Assembly (NCBI RefSeq): GCF_009914755.1
Contig: NC_060930.1
Reading direction: 5' to 3' (one strand)
DNA: 64,000 nucleotides
Source: the human T2T-CHM13v2.0 reference genome, Homo sapiens
Made by a program: the position numbers and the translations under genes. Below are positions 28,516 through 43,100 of this stretch, one piece after another (the stretch's first letter is position 1; the number at the start of each line of letters is the position of its first letter). A model generated the notes under the pieces. It searched no databases. It saw only the letters and a program-made list of their open reading frames with translations, and was not told where the DNA came from.

Positions 28516-29387
28516 AAAAAAAGTAAAAGTAAAACAAAAGACAAAACCAAAAACCTGTATCTCTTGCATGGCATTGAATTCTCTACTCTCTGCCACATTG
28601 TCTGTATTTCTACCCATTAGAGAGCCTTTGAGTTGAGAAATGCCTCATTGAATAGGCAAATGTCTTCCCAAAGCTATTAGTCGTTTGCACCTTAGAGTGA
28701 TTTGGTTCGGAGAGGTTCTGTTTCTCCCAACCACCGAGAGAAAGATGCTTGGGAAGGAGGATGAGCTGCTGGAAACCAGCTCTGAGGAAGGAGCCAGCGG
28801 GAGCCATTAGCTTGGCTAATGTGGGAATCCTGTTGTCTCTACCTAGGCCAGTGGCCTGGGCTCTGGGATCTGGGCATAGAGGTGGAATGGTCAGGTGGCC
28901 CTTACCTCAATGGGTTCCACGGGGTCATCCCCAGGGGGCATTGTTTGGCTGTTTTGAGCTGTCTGCTTTTCCTCTGCTAAGTCACAAAGTAATTCATCAT
29001 AGACTCTTCTTTTGTTATTTATCCCTTTTAGGGATCAGGACAGCATAGTGTGTCCTCTGTCTTGAGAAGTTCGCATCCAGCTCTGCCATGGACCAGCCAT
29101 GCTCATGGGTGAGTTACTTAACCTGTCTGTGCCTCAGTTTCCTGTCTGTAAAATATCAGTAATAATAGTTCTTATTACCCAATTGGTCTGGTTGATAGAG
29201 TATTACACAAGTTACTCTAGGTGGAGTGCTGAGATTGCTTCTGGCCACTTCATGAGGGCTGTGTACTTGATATTATTAACAATTGTAAGACATTTAATGA
29301 AGACTCTGAGTGGTCGGTTCATCTTTTTAAAAAGCTCATGGAAGGAATAAATTCATTCTCTGTTTTCTTTCAGATTGCCTCTCATTT

Positions 29388-30200
29388 TGCTACGGACAGG
29401 AGACAGGAAAATACTGGGTAGAAGAGGGCGGTTCCCGACAAAGGCCCCAACCTCAAGCCTGAAGACCCACGACCCTAAATGAGGACAGCCATTTCTGATT
29501 TTGTGCCCAAAAATTTGCCTTTTGGCCTGCCACACCCAACATCTTGCCCCTATATAAACCCGAGACCTTAGCGGGCACACACACAATCAGCCAAATGTTG
29601 GGATTAGCAGACCAGTGGACCAGCGGACCAGCAGACCAGTTAACGGTGGAACAACGCAGCAGAGAAAGAGAGAAGAGGAGGGATGTCTGAATGCCAAGGG
29701 GAATTCGGCCGCGGGCAGTTAGAAAAGTCTGGCTGCTGGGCGGCCCGACTCTAGGGGAAGACCACCTTCCCACTCCATCCCCTGTTCTGGCTCCCCATCC
29801 ATCTCCCTGAGAGCCACCTCTACCACTCAATAAAACCTTTCATTCATCCTTTGAGCCCATATGTGATTTGATTCTTTCAGGACGCTCAGCAAGAGCTCAG
29901 AATATAGAAGGTTGTCTCAGTGGTCCCCTGCCCTTGCGATAAGGCAGAGGGTCCATTGAGCTGATTAAGACACAAGCCCAGATGGCAAATCTGAAAGAGC
30001 TTTATAATACACACCCACTTGGGCTTGGGGAGTCACAGACACCCATTCCTAGATGCTGCCGTGGGGCCAGAGCCCAAAAGGGCTTTCCCTGGCCTCTGCA
30101 CCTGCCCATCTGCATGCTCCCCCCAGGGTTTTGAGCTGTAGGCGAGCCACACCCCTGTTGCGCGTCCTGCCAAGGGGAATTGGGGAACTCTACTGTTTCA
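29388..30200 (+). mobile_element. ERV1 solo LTR (LTR1-family-like)
   Basis: Starts tgctacggacaggagacaggaaaatactgggtagaagagggcggttccc; TATA (ctatataaa) near 29550; AATAAA near 29829; ends actgtttca. Confidence 0.8.
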
Positions 30201-32572
30201 GTTTCATGTTCCCCATATTTGTCTGTTAGGCAGAGACTGCTTTTGAGTAAATTTCTTACAACTAACAAAAGAAATACGTTCTACTTTAAATTATATCATA
30301 ATTCTGTGCCCCAATGGAAATAAAGTTTCCAAAGGAACAACACTTTTATAATTTTAAATGCATTTTAAGAAAAACAGTTCCATGGGTTGAGGATGCAGGA
30401 ACGAGTGATTCTGAGGGCAAGGCTGCAGTTCTCAGGCTTGGTTAGCCGTTTCTATGAAGTGAGAATTTTGGCCTGAGAACCCAGGTTGAACCTCAGATGT
30501 GAGTAGATAATTCCAAATCTAGGAAATGCAAGTCGGTTTCCTTCAGAGGAGTTGGGAGAGCAGGTGACTTCAACCTCCAGCTCAGTAAGTCAGGGACCCG
30601 AGACTTTTCTGAGGTGCTCAGGGAAGGTATTTCACCCAGTTCTGCGGGATGGTTGCTGTGTGTGTGGAGGGCTGAGGAGCACCTCCCATGGCTTGCCAGT
30701 GCCTTGACAATTGGAGTCAACTCAAGAAGGAACGCCAGGGCTCTGTACCTCTGGAAACTTGGCAGTGAGAGATGAGCAGAGACATTCCTGAGCTGTCATT
30801 TGGCAACAGTTCCCCATGGAGCATGGCCTTGCTCTGAAATCAGCCTGTGTCTCCAGTGAGAAAGCCTCTGGCAAAATATTGCTTCATTTCATGAAGTCAC
30901 AGCCTGGGGGATCTTTCTCATTCCGGAACAATCTTTCTGAAGCACCACAGGCTGATTCTATTTCAATCAGCAACAACTGGATTTCGGGCAACCACCCAAG
31001 GAACCCTCTTTATTGATATTTCAGGCCTTTAAGTTATATTACAGTCATATTCCGGCAGATACGATATGTATCAATAAGTCATGCTACAACAGGACAATGA
31101 TTTTCTAAATATGTGGGAAATCTTCACTGATTCATGGAATCGGGGGGTCGCTGGGTTGACCTTGTGCCCCAAACCATCAGAAGTGAAGATGGGTTTGCTA
31201 AGTCAGGGTGTCACCAGTGACTGCCTCTCTGTTACGCAAATCACTACATACTTAATGCCACGAGCTAGCCAGTTCCTGCATTGAGTCTGGGTGGCTACGC
31301 ATCAGTGGAAAAGCATTGCTGATATCAGTCCCTCATGAGATGGTGCCCTCGTGGCCAAGCAGGAAACAGAATCAAGCACTGCATGTGGCCCTGACTTGGT
31401 GTGGGGATGGTGGCCTCAATGAGTTAGCAAGAGCAAGGGGCAGGTCATGATGTGACCCACAATGATTAGCAATAACGAGGAGGGGCCCTGGCTACCAAGA
31501 GGAAACTGACTCCTGCTCAGGGACTGTCCCTGTTGATGCCATGCCAAGATCATTCCATCCTTTGGCAACAGACCTGGTCTTGGACAACCACCAGCCCATG
31601 AAACTCTTTCTCCCGTAGTCTCTTTGGCTTCCCAAGGGAGCAAAGCACTAATCCTAATCTTTCAAATTGCTGTGCCTGGGACCAGCTAGGGGGAGACACC
31701 AAGTTTCCGTCTCAGGGTTGCCTGTGTCTCTCTGGGGGGAGACAGACCTCATAGAGGAGTCTAGAACAATCCCATCCCTAATCTTTACCAAAATGATAAA
31801 TGACCAAAAACATCTCCGAGCCACCCTTGGAAAAGAAGATTATTTCCTCCTTCTCCAGGAGTCTCTGCCTGCTTCTAGATCCCTGGAATAACCCTTATTT
31901 TTAATTCATCAGGATTAAAAAGAAAAGAACTCATTATGGGGTAATTCTGAGTTTGGGCGTTAGCAGAGAGCAGGGTGGGACTGGGTACAGGAGCATTCTT
32001 AGTGCTCATGGCCCTTGCCCAATTCTATTCCTCTCTGTGCTTCTTCTCATCCCCTCCCCAAGCCCATCAGGTGCTGAAGAGGCCATGGGAAAACCCATGC
32101 TCCCTAGTGGCCCTCCAGTGGCTCTCCTTGTGGTCGCTGTGGCCTTTTTGTTATAAGCATTATAGGCAGTGCATGATAAGAAACTTAACTATGAAGGGAA
32201 AAGCCAGATATAAACATTTAAAATGACAAAGATACTGCAAGACAGGGCAAGAATCTCTCCCTTGATATCTAGCAGTGAAAGAGGAAGGAGGATGCCCACC
32301 TTGGGACAGACCGTGAGGCCAAGGCTGAAGGTTAAATGAACTCCCTAACTGCAAACTAGACCAGCCCCCATATGTCCTTTAGCTGTATCTTCTCTTCCAA
32401 AATCTTATACTGTAGCAATTTTAGGTCATTGTCCTTAGCTTTGAAATTGTTTAAAGAAACTGAAGGAATAGCAAAAATTTAGGTTGCTTTTTCTTCTGCC
32501 TGAAATTTTAGAAGATTCTTCAAAGAAGCCTGTCTGAACTGAATACCCCAATATCACAGGCCACATACAACT

Positions 32573-32948
32573 TGTATTTATCTGTTCTCATGCTGCTATA
32601 AAGAACTTCCCAAGACTGGGTAATTATAAAGGAAAGAGCTTTAATTGAATCACAGTTCCACAGGGGCTGGGCAGGCCTTAGGAAACTTACAATCATGGTG
32701 GAAGGGGAAGGAAACACACCCTTCTTCACATGGTGGTGGCAAGGAGAAGTGCAGGGTGAAGCGGGGGAAAAGCCCAGAATAAAACCCTCAGATCTTGTGA
32801 GAACTCACTCACTATCAGGAGAACAGCATGGAGGCAACGGCCCCTGTAATTAATTTACCTCCTGGCAGGTCCCTCCCATAACATGTGGGGATTATGGGAG
32901 CTATAGTCCAAGATGAGATTTGGGTGGGGACACAGCCAAATCGTATCA
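32573..32948 (-). mobile_element. THE1/MST-family MaLR solo LTR
   Basis: …gatgagatttgggtggggacacagccaaa…atca, the reverse of the THE1/MST 5' end. Confidence 0.9.
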
Positions 32949-35735
32949 CTACTCTTGCTTTTATAAGATTAAAAATGGTGAACTCTAACAAATGATTTTT
33001 TTTTGCAAATTTTTTTTTTGCAAAGCAGTTAGTTCTTAGTCACTAATCAATTTATCTACTTTTTTCAAAAAAACCTTGTTCATGTAAAGTGACCCATTTC
33101 TCTCACCTACTGTGTCTCATCTGAGAGCAAGCCTTGTTGATTTCTTCTTCCGAAGTATCTCACAAGCTCCCAGTTCTCTTGGCTACCACCCAGGCCCTCA
33201 TCTCTCCTGTGTGGCTTACTGTAAAACAGCAAGCTCTCTACTTCCTCCATCCCACCCTCTCAATGGCAGGCAGGTTTTCATTTTAAAGCACAAATCCAAT
33301 CATGTCACCTTCCTGTGGGGGAGTGGCTTGTCATCACCCATGCCATAGGTTCCCAGCAGTTCACAGGGGAGCACAGGCCTTTTGTCCTGGAACCCCCTTT
33401 GTTTTGTGACCCCAGGTCTGGGTCAGGATATTCCCCTGGCTTGCAACACTCTTCCCTGCCTAGAAGACCCAGCCCAGTGTCATCTCTTCTAGAAACTCCC
33501 CTGTTTCCTCAGCGGGGAGGCCTCCTTCTCGGTCCTCTCCTGGCCACTTTGCCCTCCATGTTAGTGCTGACCACACTGCACTGGCTTCGATTCCACATTG
33601 GTTTCTCCACTGGCCGTGAGCTCTTTCGTAAGGGCAGCTCTGTGTCCCACACGCAGCACACATCTGACCAGTGCTTGTGGCATGAATGCGTATCAGAATG
33701 ACAGGGAAGTTGCTAAATGTAATTAAAAAGAAAAAGCAACTTATGAAACTTCTGTTTCCAAGAGTGCAGGACATGAGACAGGAGCTTCTCAGTGGGCCTG
33801 TTTAAAGTGAGTGGTAGGCTTTTGCTATTCCTACTGGTTACACAGACCCTTCCCCTTCTTAAGTCTTGAAGAGCAATTTGGTTTTCTGCAACAATTTCTG
33901 CTCTGAATTTGGGCATGCACCAGAGGTTGTTGCTGCCCCTTTAAGTTTGGCTGTGTGGTTTAAATGTAACCCTCTCATCCTTCCTCCTTCTCCTTTGCTC
34001 CAAGATGGAGGGTTTCACAGAAAACACTGCGGGGATCTTATAAAGAAAGAAGTCCATCCCTTAAACAAATTAAAGTTTCATTTCATTTGACAAATGTTGA
34101 ATTCATTTAACATCAACAAATACTGACGATTTCAATTTACTGTCATTTGTAAATGAATTAACAAATTATAATTCATTTAACATCAACAAGTATTGTCTGG
34201 GCCGTTACTCTTGTATACTGACTTGTAATTGTTCTTGATCCTAAACTAAATTTGGATCCTTATGTTCCTGAAAATATGAAGACTTGTTATTTTTCTTCTA
34301 TCCCAATGTTTCTTTCTAATGAAACTATAAAATCACTTTGAGAACCCTTTATGACACTATCCCGTATGATTTACTGCCAGCACTTAGGAGATGTGACGCC
34401 AAGCCAGAGAAGTGGAGGACACAAACATGGAGGAAAGGTTTAAATTCTTGCTTAGAACACAAGATCCCAACTCCCAGGCTCAACAAATGTCCCTTCCTCC
34501 TGCTATTGCTTCAGTTTGAGATTTCTAAAGAAATATTTCTTTAAGAACTTAAAAGAACTGTATGTTGATTTTAGAAAAATATAGATAAAAAGAAAAAAAT
34601 CTACAAAATTTCTACATCAAAGCTAATCACTGTCAGCATTTCAATGCAGCTCTTTCCAGATATTCATATAAACATATTCTTCTAGACCTCTATATAAATT
34701 AAAATTGGATCAATCAATATACTTTTTTTGAATAACGGTCTTTAAGTTGGAGACTATTTTTGTCCCCTTTGGGATGGAGGTTTGCTGTACTCTATCTCCC
34801 TTAACATGTGAGGGCTCAACCTACTTCAGGCTGAAATCTCCCTACTTACCCTGTGCTTTGTAGCAGGGACACCACAGCTTTCCCCCTTGGGTGCTCTGGG
34901 AGGCTGGGGACCAGGCATGGTGGTGCCACTCCAAGAGGGCCAGGAGCTGAGCTTAGAGTCTCAGGATCACAGTGGACCGGAGCAGGCAGAACACACGTGG
35001 GCCATTCCAGACAGAGGTGCCCTGAGAAGGGCTATTCCAAGCAGAAGACACATGTGCCTGTGCTCACTCATTGGTGTGCTCTCTCTCTGCCAACTAACTA
35101 GAAAGTAGCAAGTTCTCTTTTCTTCTCTCTCATCCTAAACTTGGACTGATCTGCCAAGTTCTTAGGAAATTCATGCCACAAGGGTCTATTTTCAGCAAAT
35201 GTGACTTGTAGGGTTATCCTTGAGCAAAACAGTTCAGCCAAGCACCCACCTCTCTTTGCCGAGGCTTTGGTCACATGTTGGACGCTTACCCAGGGGCACA
35301 ATATGGAGAAGTGATTGGAAAGCTGGGCTCTCTTCCCCCACATGGAGCGCAGTGGCTCCGCGAGTGATGGCTTTTTATAGCCTGCACAGGTGGTTGTGCT
35401 GCAAGCCCCTTTCTGGAAGGCAGAGTGCTCTGCTCCTCACCCCTGCTGGGAGAAACCTGTTAAGAGAGAAGAGAAGCTCAAATAAATGACTTGCCTTCTC
35501 CTGGGAACTGAAAGTGCATTGACATTTTCAAGGTTTTCCTTACTGGAGATCAGATATTGGACTGAATCCATTCTAACAGGTAATCAAGAGAAAATATGTA
35601 TTCTTTAAGAATTTTCTATCAGTAACAGTGTTAGTCTTTGAGAAGAGCCCTCAGAATTTGACTTAGTTGCAACTTGAAAATTAATCTGGTCCATACTGCT
35701 CATTTCCTAAATAAATGAAGACTCAAAATCAGTAA

Positions 35736-36094
<359 letters not shown>

Positions 36095-36400
36095 TGAGCT
36101 CTTATAGTTTGCCAGCACATTAAAATATAGTCTTTGCTACTGCATTCATCCTTGGCCTTGGAATACAGTTGGCATTCCATACCAAGGTGCATATTCTATT
36201 AATAGACGCATTTAGTTTGTCTGGGTGCCACACATACGCAACAGACATCTAGTGGGAGTAGAATGACTTTCTCTATTGACCTTTGTACAGACTGAAGCTC
36301 ATAATAGTGGTTTCCAAATACAGAAGCATCTGTTAAAAATTCAAAACTGAAGCTCCCTTCTTAAGACTGCATGTTAAGGAAATCATACCTTTATCTTTAA

Positions 36401-36739
<339 letters not shown>

Positions 36740-37425
36740 TGATTTCAGTGCAGGAAAAGAGAAACTGAAGTTAGTTTGGCACAGATTCTCAGTTCTGCAA
36801 GTTAAATTGCCTCTATTTCAGATTTTTCTGCACTGAGGTATTTACACGTTTATTAATTGAAAGGTAAAGTAATCTGACATAAAGACAGCCTCTAGTGGGA
36901 TGGCCTGTGTAAGTGGTCTGCTCTGTTACAGCATCTCCACTGCTTTCTCAGGGCCATCCTCATTGTTGTGGGGAAGTTGTGTTAGGACGTGGTGCTGCCT
37001 CTGGCCATATTTGCTTGGTTTAGAGGTGGATGAGTGGCTCTTCCTGGGCCAGGGATGTCTCCATGCTGCTCCTGGCCATAGTAAGTCCTTGGTTCAGGAA
37101 TAACCACCAGACCCAAATTAGGATACAGCTGTTTTCTGCGAATTTTGCAAGTGGAATGAAGAGACGAAACCATCTCTTAAGTGTTAGGATTGTGAGAGGA
37201 AAAGTTGGGGATCCTTCAGGGGACCATTTGCCCCCCATGTGTTCTTGGGGAGGGGAGAGCAGCTTGCAAGAAGAAGGAGCAGAGCAGGAGGGGATGGAGG
37301 GGCTCTCTTGGCAGTGCCGCCTCCTGGGTGTCCAGGTGTTTTCTAATTTGGGTCTTGTGACTCTTTCCAGAATCTTCTTGTCAAATCCTAAAATCAATCC
37401 ATTGTACAGGAAGCAGTTAGGGATG

Positions 37426-37783
37426 TGTATTAGTCTGTTTTCATGCTGCTGATAAAGACATACTCAAGACTGGGCAATTTATGAAAGAAAGAGGTTTAAT
37501 GGACTCACAGTTCCACATGGCTGGGGAGACTTCACAATCATGGTGGAAAGTGAAAGACATGTCTCACATGGCAGCAGGCAAGAGAAAAGAGCTTGTGCAG
37601 GGAAACTCCCTTTATAAAACCATCGGATCTCATGAGACTTATTCACTATCATGAGAATAACACAGGAAAGACCCTCTCCATGATTCAGTTACCTCCCACC
37701 GGCTCCCTCACACAACATGTGGGAATTGTGGGAGCTACAGTTCAAGATGAGATCTGGGGGGTGGACACAGCCAAACCATATCA
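37426..37783 (-). mobile_element. THE1 solo LTR
   Basis: tgtattagtctgttttcatgctgctgataaagacata…cacagccaaaccatatca. Confidence 0.92.
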
Positions 37784-40635
37784 GGCTGATTTCTACAATA
37801 TTTGACTAAAAACTTTTTAATGTATGTAGTTCATATAATTAATTTTCTGCTAAAGAACTTCTAGAAGACAAAATAAAAACCTTTCTTTATGCATTTAAAC
37901 AGAAAATGGCATAACCTACAGATAGCATTTACTCAGAGGGCGGTTAATCATTTTTTACAAACATGCAGAGTTTGGTAATAATGGCAAGGAAATCTCCTCT
38001 CCTCAGCCCACTCCCCAGGATGCAGGACACTCACAATTACTTTAAAATTATGTTTTTGAAGATGTTTCTTCTGTTCCATGTTTCCTGAAGGGGTATTCTT
38101 ATCTGTTGTCTTATTTCTATTTTTGACTCTAAAATTAATCTTCGGTATTATCACTTTGAGTAGACATTATTATAAAAAGTAAACAGATACTTATCTATAT
38201 TATCAAAAGTATAATTTGCTACATAATTTATTTATATTTAAATAGAATGTTTTATATTTACATTATAAAAATTAACTATGATTAGTAGAGAATATTTGAA
38301 AAATGTAGAAAAATAGAGGCAGATAGATAAATGCTGGTCATATTTTGGTATATTTCTTGTCTGATCCTTTTCAATGCATTTTTACATAGTTGTGATTCTT
38401 TTAAAGACACAATTTTGTTTCCTGGTTTTTTTCAGTTAAGATAAAATAGCATACACATTTCCATATTCATCACAAGTTTTTTATGGTTTTGTTATTATGT
38501 ATTTTTTAATGTTATGGATGCACTGTAATTTAATCTGCCCACATAATTTTAAGGAATTAGATGGTTTCATATTTTTAACAATCATAAACAATGCTATAAT
38601 AAATATGTTTGTAGGTACTTTTATAATATTTAGGATTATTAGCTTAGAACAAATTACTAGAAGTGTATTTCTGTACTAAAGCTTCTGATGATTTGAAACC
38701 TATTTATGCATGTTACCACTACAAAAGGATTGCACCTATTCATTCCCCATCTAGTGTTGTTTAAGTGTGCCCACTTGCCCTGTGCTCGCCAGCAGAGGGG
38801 GTGCTCATATTTAAAAATCTTTATTAATTTGATAGGGGAAAATTTTTTACCTTATAACTTGCTTCTATAAACATTATTGTAAGATCGAACATTATACAAA
38901 TGTTTGTTAACCAGATGTATGTATTTCTTCTTTAATGATTTTTCTATTCGTGCTGCTATTGCAGGCATTTAAATGAAGGACTGTTTAGGTGAATGGCAGG
39001 AAAGTGGCATCTGACAGTCAGCCTGATGTGGTTTTCCCTCGGTGCCATGGAAATACTCATGGTGACGCAGAAAATTATGAAAATTAATAGCACCACCAAA
39101 AATTAGTACTAGGAGGGAAACTATTGCTGAACAGGGAAGAACATTCCAGAGCACAAATGTCTCCTCTTTTTATTTTGCTCCAAAAAAAATTTGTTAAGCA
39201 ATATATCCATAATCCATATCATGATTCAAAAATACAGAGAACATCTGTACATTATTTAATAAAAGTACAATATTATTTTTCCTTTACAAAGAGAACACAA
39301 GTAATAATTCCTTGAAAGTAAAATGTAACATTCATCTTAAAGCTGCATCAACTTTTTGGATGAAATGTGGTTAAAATGAATACCATAAAATACATAGGAA
39401 GAAAGAAACATCAGTAAAACTCTCCTCTGAATGGCAATAGTTATCTTACATTTCCCCTGCCTTAAAATCCCACTTGGCACACATAATGAAGGCTAATCAC
39501 TGTTGACTAAAAATTAGGAAATTAAGGAAAACCTTAAGCCTTCAATGCCCATAATAAATGTGCCTCATTGTTTTATTCTAAACCATGATGACCTAACCTA
39601 GGACAGGGCAGACCGCTGGTTCTGTGGTCATGTGGGAAGCTGCTCTGGGCCAACATTATTGCTCAGAGCAGCCCCTGCCAGGGCTCCTGATGACATGTCA
39701 GGAGGCCAAGTGCAGTGGGGATATTGAACAGGAGACAAGCTGTCTGCTGTCCCCATCCATCCCAGCAAGCCCTCCCACTGTTGCTGTCTGTACAGCTGCT
39801 TTCGCTGTCCCAGGCAGACTGGAAGACACCCAGCCCCCGTGGCCCTGGCCAATCAATACCGGTCTTATGTCCACTTGTCCAGGGGCTCTGCCTAGCACGA
39901 GATGGACAGTCAGCTGCTGCTCAGACAGCCATGAGTCTCCCTGCTTGGCATCTGTGTTCCAGGCAGCAGCACCATGAGCATATTCACAGATACTGGGGTC
40001 TCAGTTTAACCAACTCTTTTTTTTTCTTCAATGCAGCGTGCTTCCTCGTATAGGAAAACCGGAGGATTTCCTCAAATTGCTGAGTGATAATGTAGCACTG
40101 AGACCAGGGAAAATGATTTTGCTTCTCCTCTGAGTAAAACACTGCTTTCCTTACAGGTAAATCACACAGCCATGGAGGCACCCACATCTTTGGCTCAGAT
40201 GAAGCTGCCAGAGTGACCCACTGGGTCCAGCGCAGATGCCCTCAATTCAAGAGATGGGTCTGGAGCTGGGCAGGTGTGGAGGGGGGTCTGGTCCAAGACT
40301 AAGTCCCTGAATCACCCCTGGGAAGAGAGCGGCCAGGCCTTCTGGAGCAAGGCTCGGATGATGCAAGCAGTGTGACTCCTGTGTCCTTGCAGAGCTGGGG
40401 CCTGGCCAGGCAGCATGACCTTCTTTTCCAACTGAACGGCCACTCCTGAGTGTCTGTCTCACGGGCAGACAGCCTTTCTGCCTAGAGAAAAGCATTTGGT
40501 CAGGGTCCAAACTGTGTCCCAAGGAACTGTCTTATTCTGCTCACATTTTCTGTTTTTTTTTTTTGCCAAAGCTATATGTGTATTATTTTGGTAATATTAT
40601 TGTAACTGGTAAAAGTAAACACTAAGAAGAGATAA

Positions 40636-41200
<565 letters not shown>

Positions 41201-41849
41201 CATCAGATTCACTTCTGAAGAACCGCCGGGTGCTGTTTTATCACAAACTCCCTGCACTTACCTATTTCTCTCCACAACAAATGGTAGAAGAGTGAAAAAA
41301 AATTTTCCCCACAATTTATTCTCCATAATCTCTAAACATCCGTGTTAACAAAAAGCTGTCACTAAATAAAAATACATCTTTAGTTTCACGGCTGTGGCTG
41401 AGACAGGTGTGTGGAGCGGTGCGGCTGGCTCCCTCTGGGGCCTACCTGACCCTTTTTCTTCTGAGCTGCAGGAAGGCACCGGGTCTGAGGGAGCCCCTTC
41501 CGGCCTGGGACCCATGGGGTGAGCTGCAGCAGCGGCCGACCACCCACCTGCACCTGCCTGGCACCTGCCGCCTGGGAAGGGTCCGCTTGTGCCCACTGAC
41601 CATACCCACCAGCATCCGAGAGCACACCCTGCTCTCTCAGCTGGCTCCCGGGAAGCACAGGCAGTCCAGAAACATCCCTGGAACCAGGGGACCAGGAACC
41701 ACGGGATCATGGATGTGGAGACCGTCCTGACCAGGACCGTTGTGGGATGTTCTCGTTCTCATTCACTCCCTGTGAACCTCCTGCGGGGAGGGTCCCGTCT
41801 GAGAGACAGAGCTTCACAAGTCCCTTTCTGCTTTATTTCCTGTCTCAGT

Positions 41850-43100
41850 GACACATTAGAAAACAGGAGGAAAAGATATCATAGCTGCAGCCACCGGAAG
41901 GAAGCGAGGCTATCATTCCAAATGACCCTCCTCATAAAGAAAAACGGACTTAAACTGGGAATTTCACGTCTCAGTTGTCTCCTAGGTTTCTTTCTCTGGT
42001 GTGAGGACAGAAACAGGCTTCCCTGCCTTCCCCAGGAACCTCTCCCTCCTCTGAAGGCCTGGGAGAGCATTTCTGAGAGCTTGCAGTGCTCTTGGGAGCC
42101 ACACTAGGCACCATCACAAACGTATCACAACAGACCGCACGTGTGCATTCTTCCCCAGCTAGCACCAAAAAGAAGATTCCAAATCGGTTTGGTGAATGGT
42201 GGTTAAACAAAAAGTACAGTCTAGCTTCCTAGTTTCCTTCCAGAACTGCTGCTGTGGCACAACCAATTCACATCAAGGAATCCTCTGGGACGTGAGCTGC
42301 GGGCCTGGCGACGCGCAACACAAGCAGGGCAGGGCATTCATTGTTCATCGGCTCCTAGCAGGTGGACTCTCTTCACAGACACACAGACCCACGATCTTCG
42401 TGCTATTACGGTTGCTTCATCTTCACAGTAAAAGCGTCAGGAATTCCCAGAGCGATGGGACATCAGCTCGGCTGTTCCGCTGTCTCTTGTCGGTGCTGGT
42501 CACGGAACCAACAGCCCCTTTGGTAATGAAGAGCTCTTTACTCCTGAGGGAGGACTGAAGTCCAAGCCAAAAGGCAGGGCACAGTGACGCAGAGGCCACT
42601 CCCTCAGGGGATGAGCCCCCTGCCCTCCCCAGGCCCATCAGAGGCCTCCCCGACAAGAGTGCTCGGTGGCCGGAACCGGCAGGGAGCTGAGTGCGAGGAG
42701 ACCCGGGACACCGCTGCACTGGCCCCGCACGCGCGTCTCAGTGGCGGGTGTGCTCCTGCGGTGTTGGGACGCATGGAGCCCGTGCTGTACGAAACAGTCG
42801 TAGAAAACTACAAACAGGCTACACGAGGGGGAGGCCTCGAGCTGCAAAGTGGTGGCTGTGGACCACGTTAAACCGTCTCTACCCGGCCTGTGCGCTTGGC
42901 CTGGCAGCCTGAGCTCACAATCGTCCGACCACGTCCACTGGACGCCCTCGGTGACTGCTGGGCACATACGGGGGTCATCCTATCAAAAGTTACGGTGAAG
43001 TCAGGGTGGGTGGCGAGTCCCTGCAAGGTCGCCCCTCTGTGCCAACACAGCCTGATGGCTTCTTGTTTCAGGAAACATCCAGAATTACAACTGGCCATTG
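41850..43100. promoter_or_regulatory. CpG-enriched repeat-free segment (candidate enhancer or promoter)
   Basis: Many retained CpGs (42270-43030), ETS motif ACCGGAAG near 41893, NF-kB-like GGGAATTTCA at 41957, E-box CACGTG near 42138. Confidence 0.5.

Noticed and set aside
42160-42194. miR-29 gene copy
   Set aside because: The mature sequence is interrupted by 13 unrelated nt and there is no pre-miRNA-length hairpin; treated only as a possible target site.
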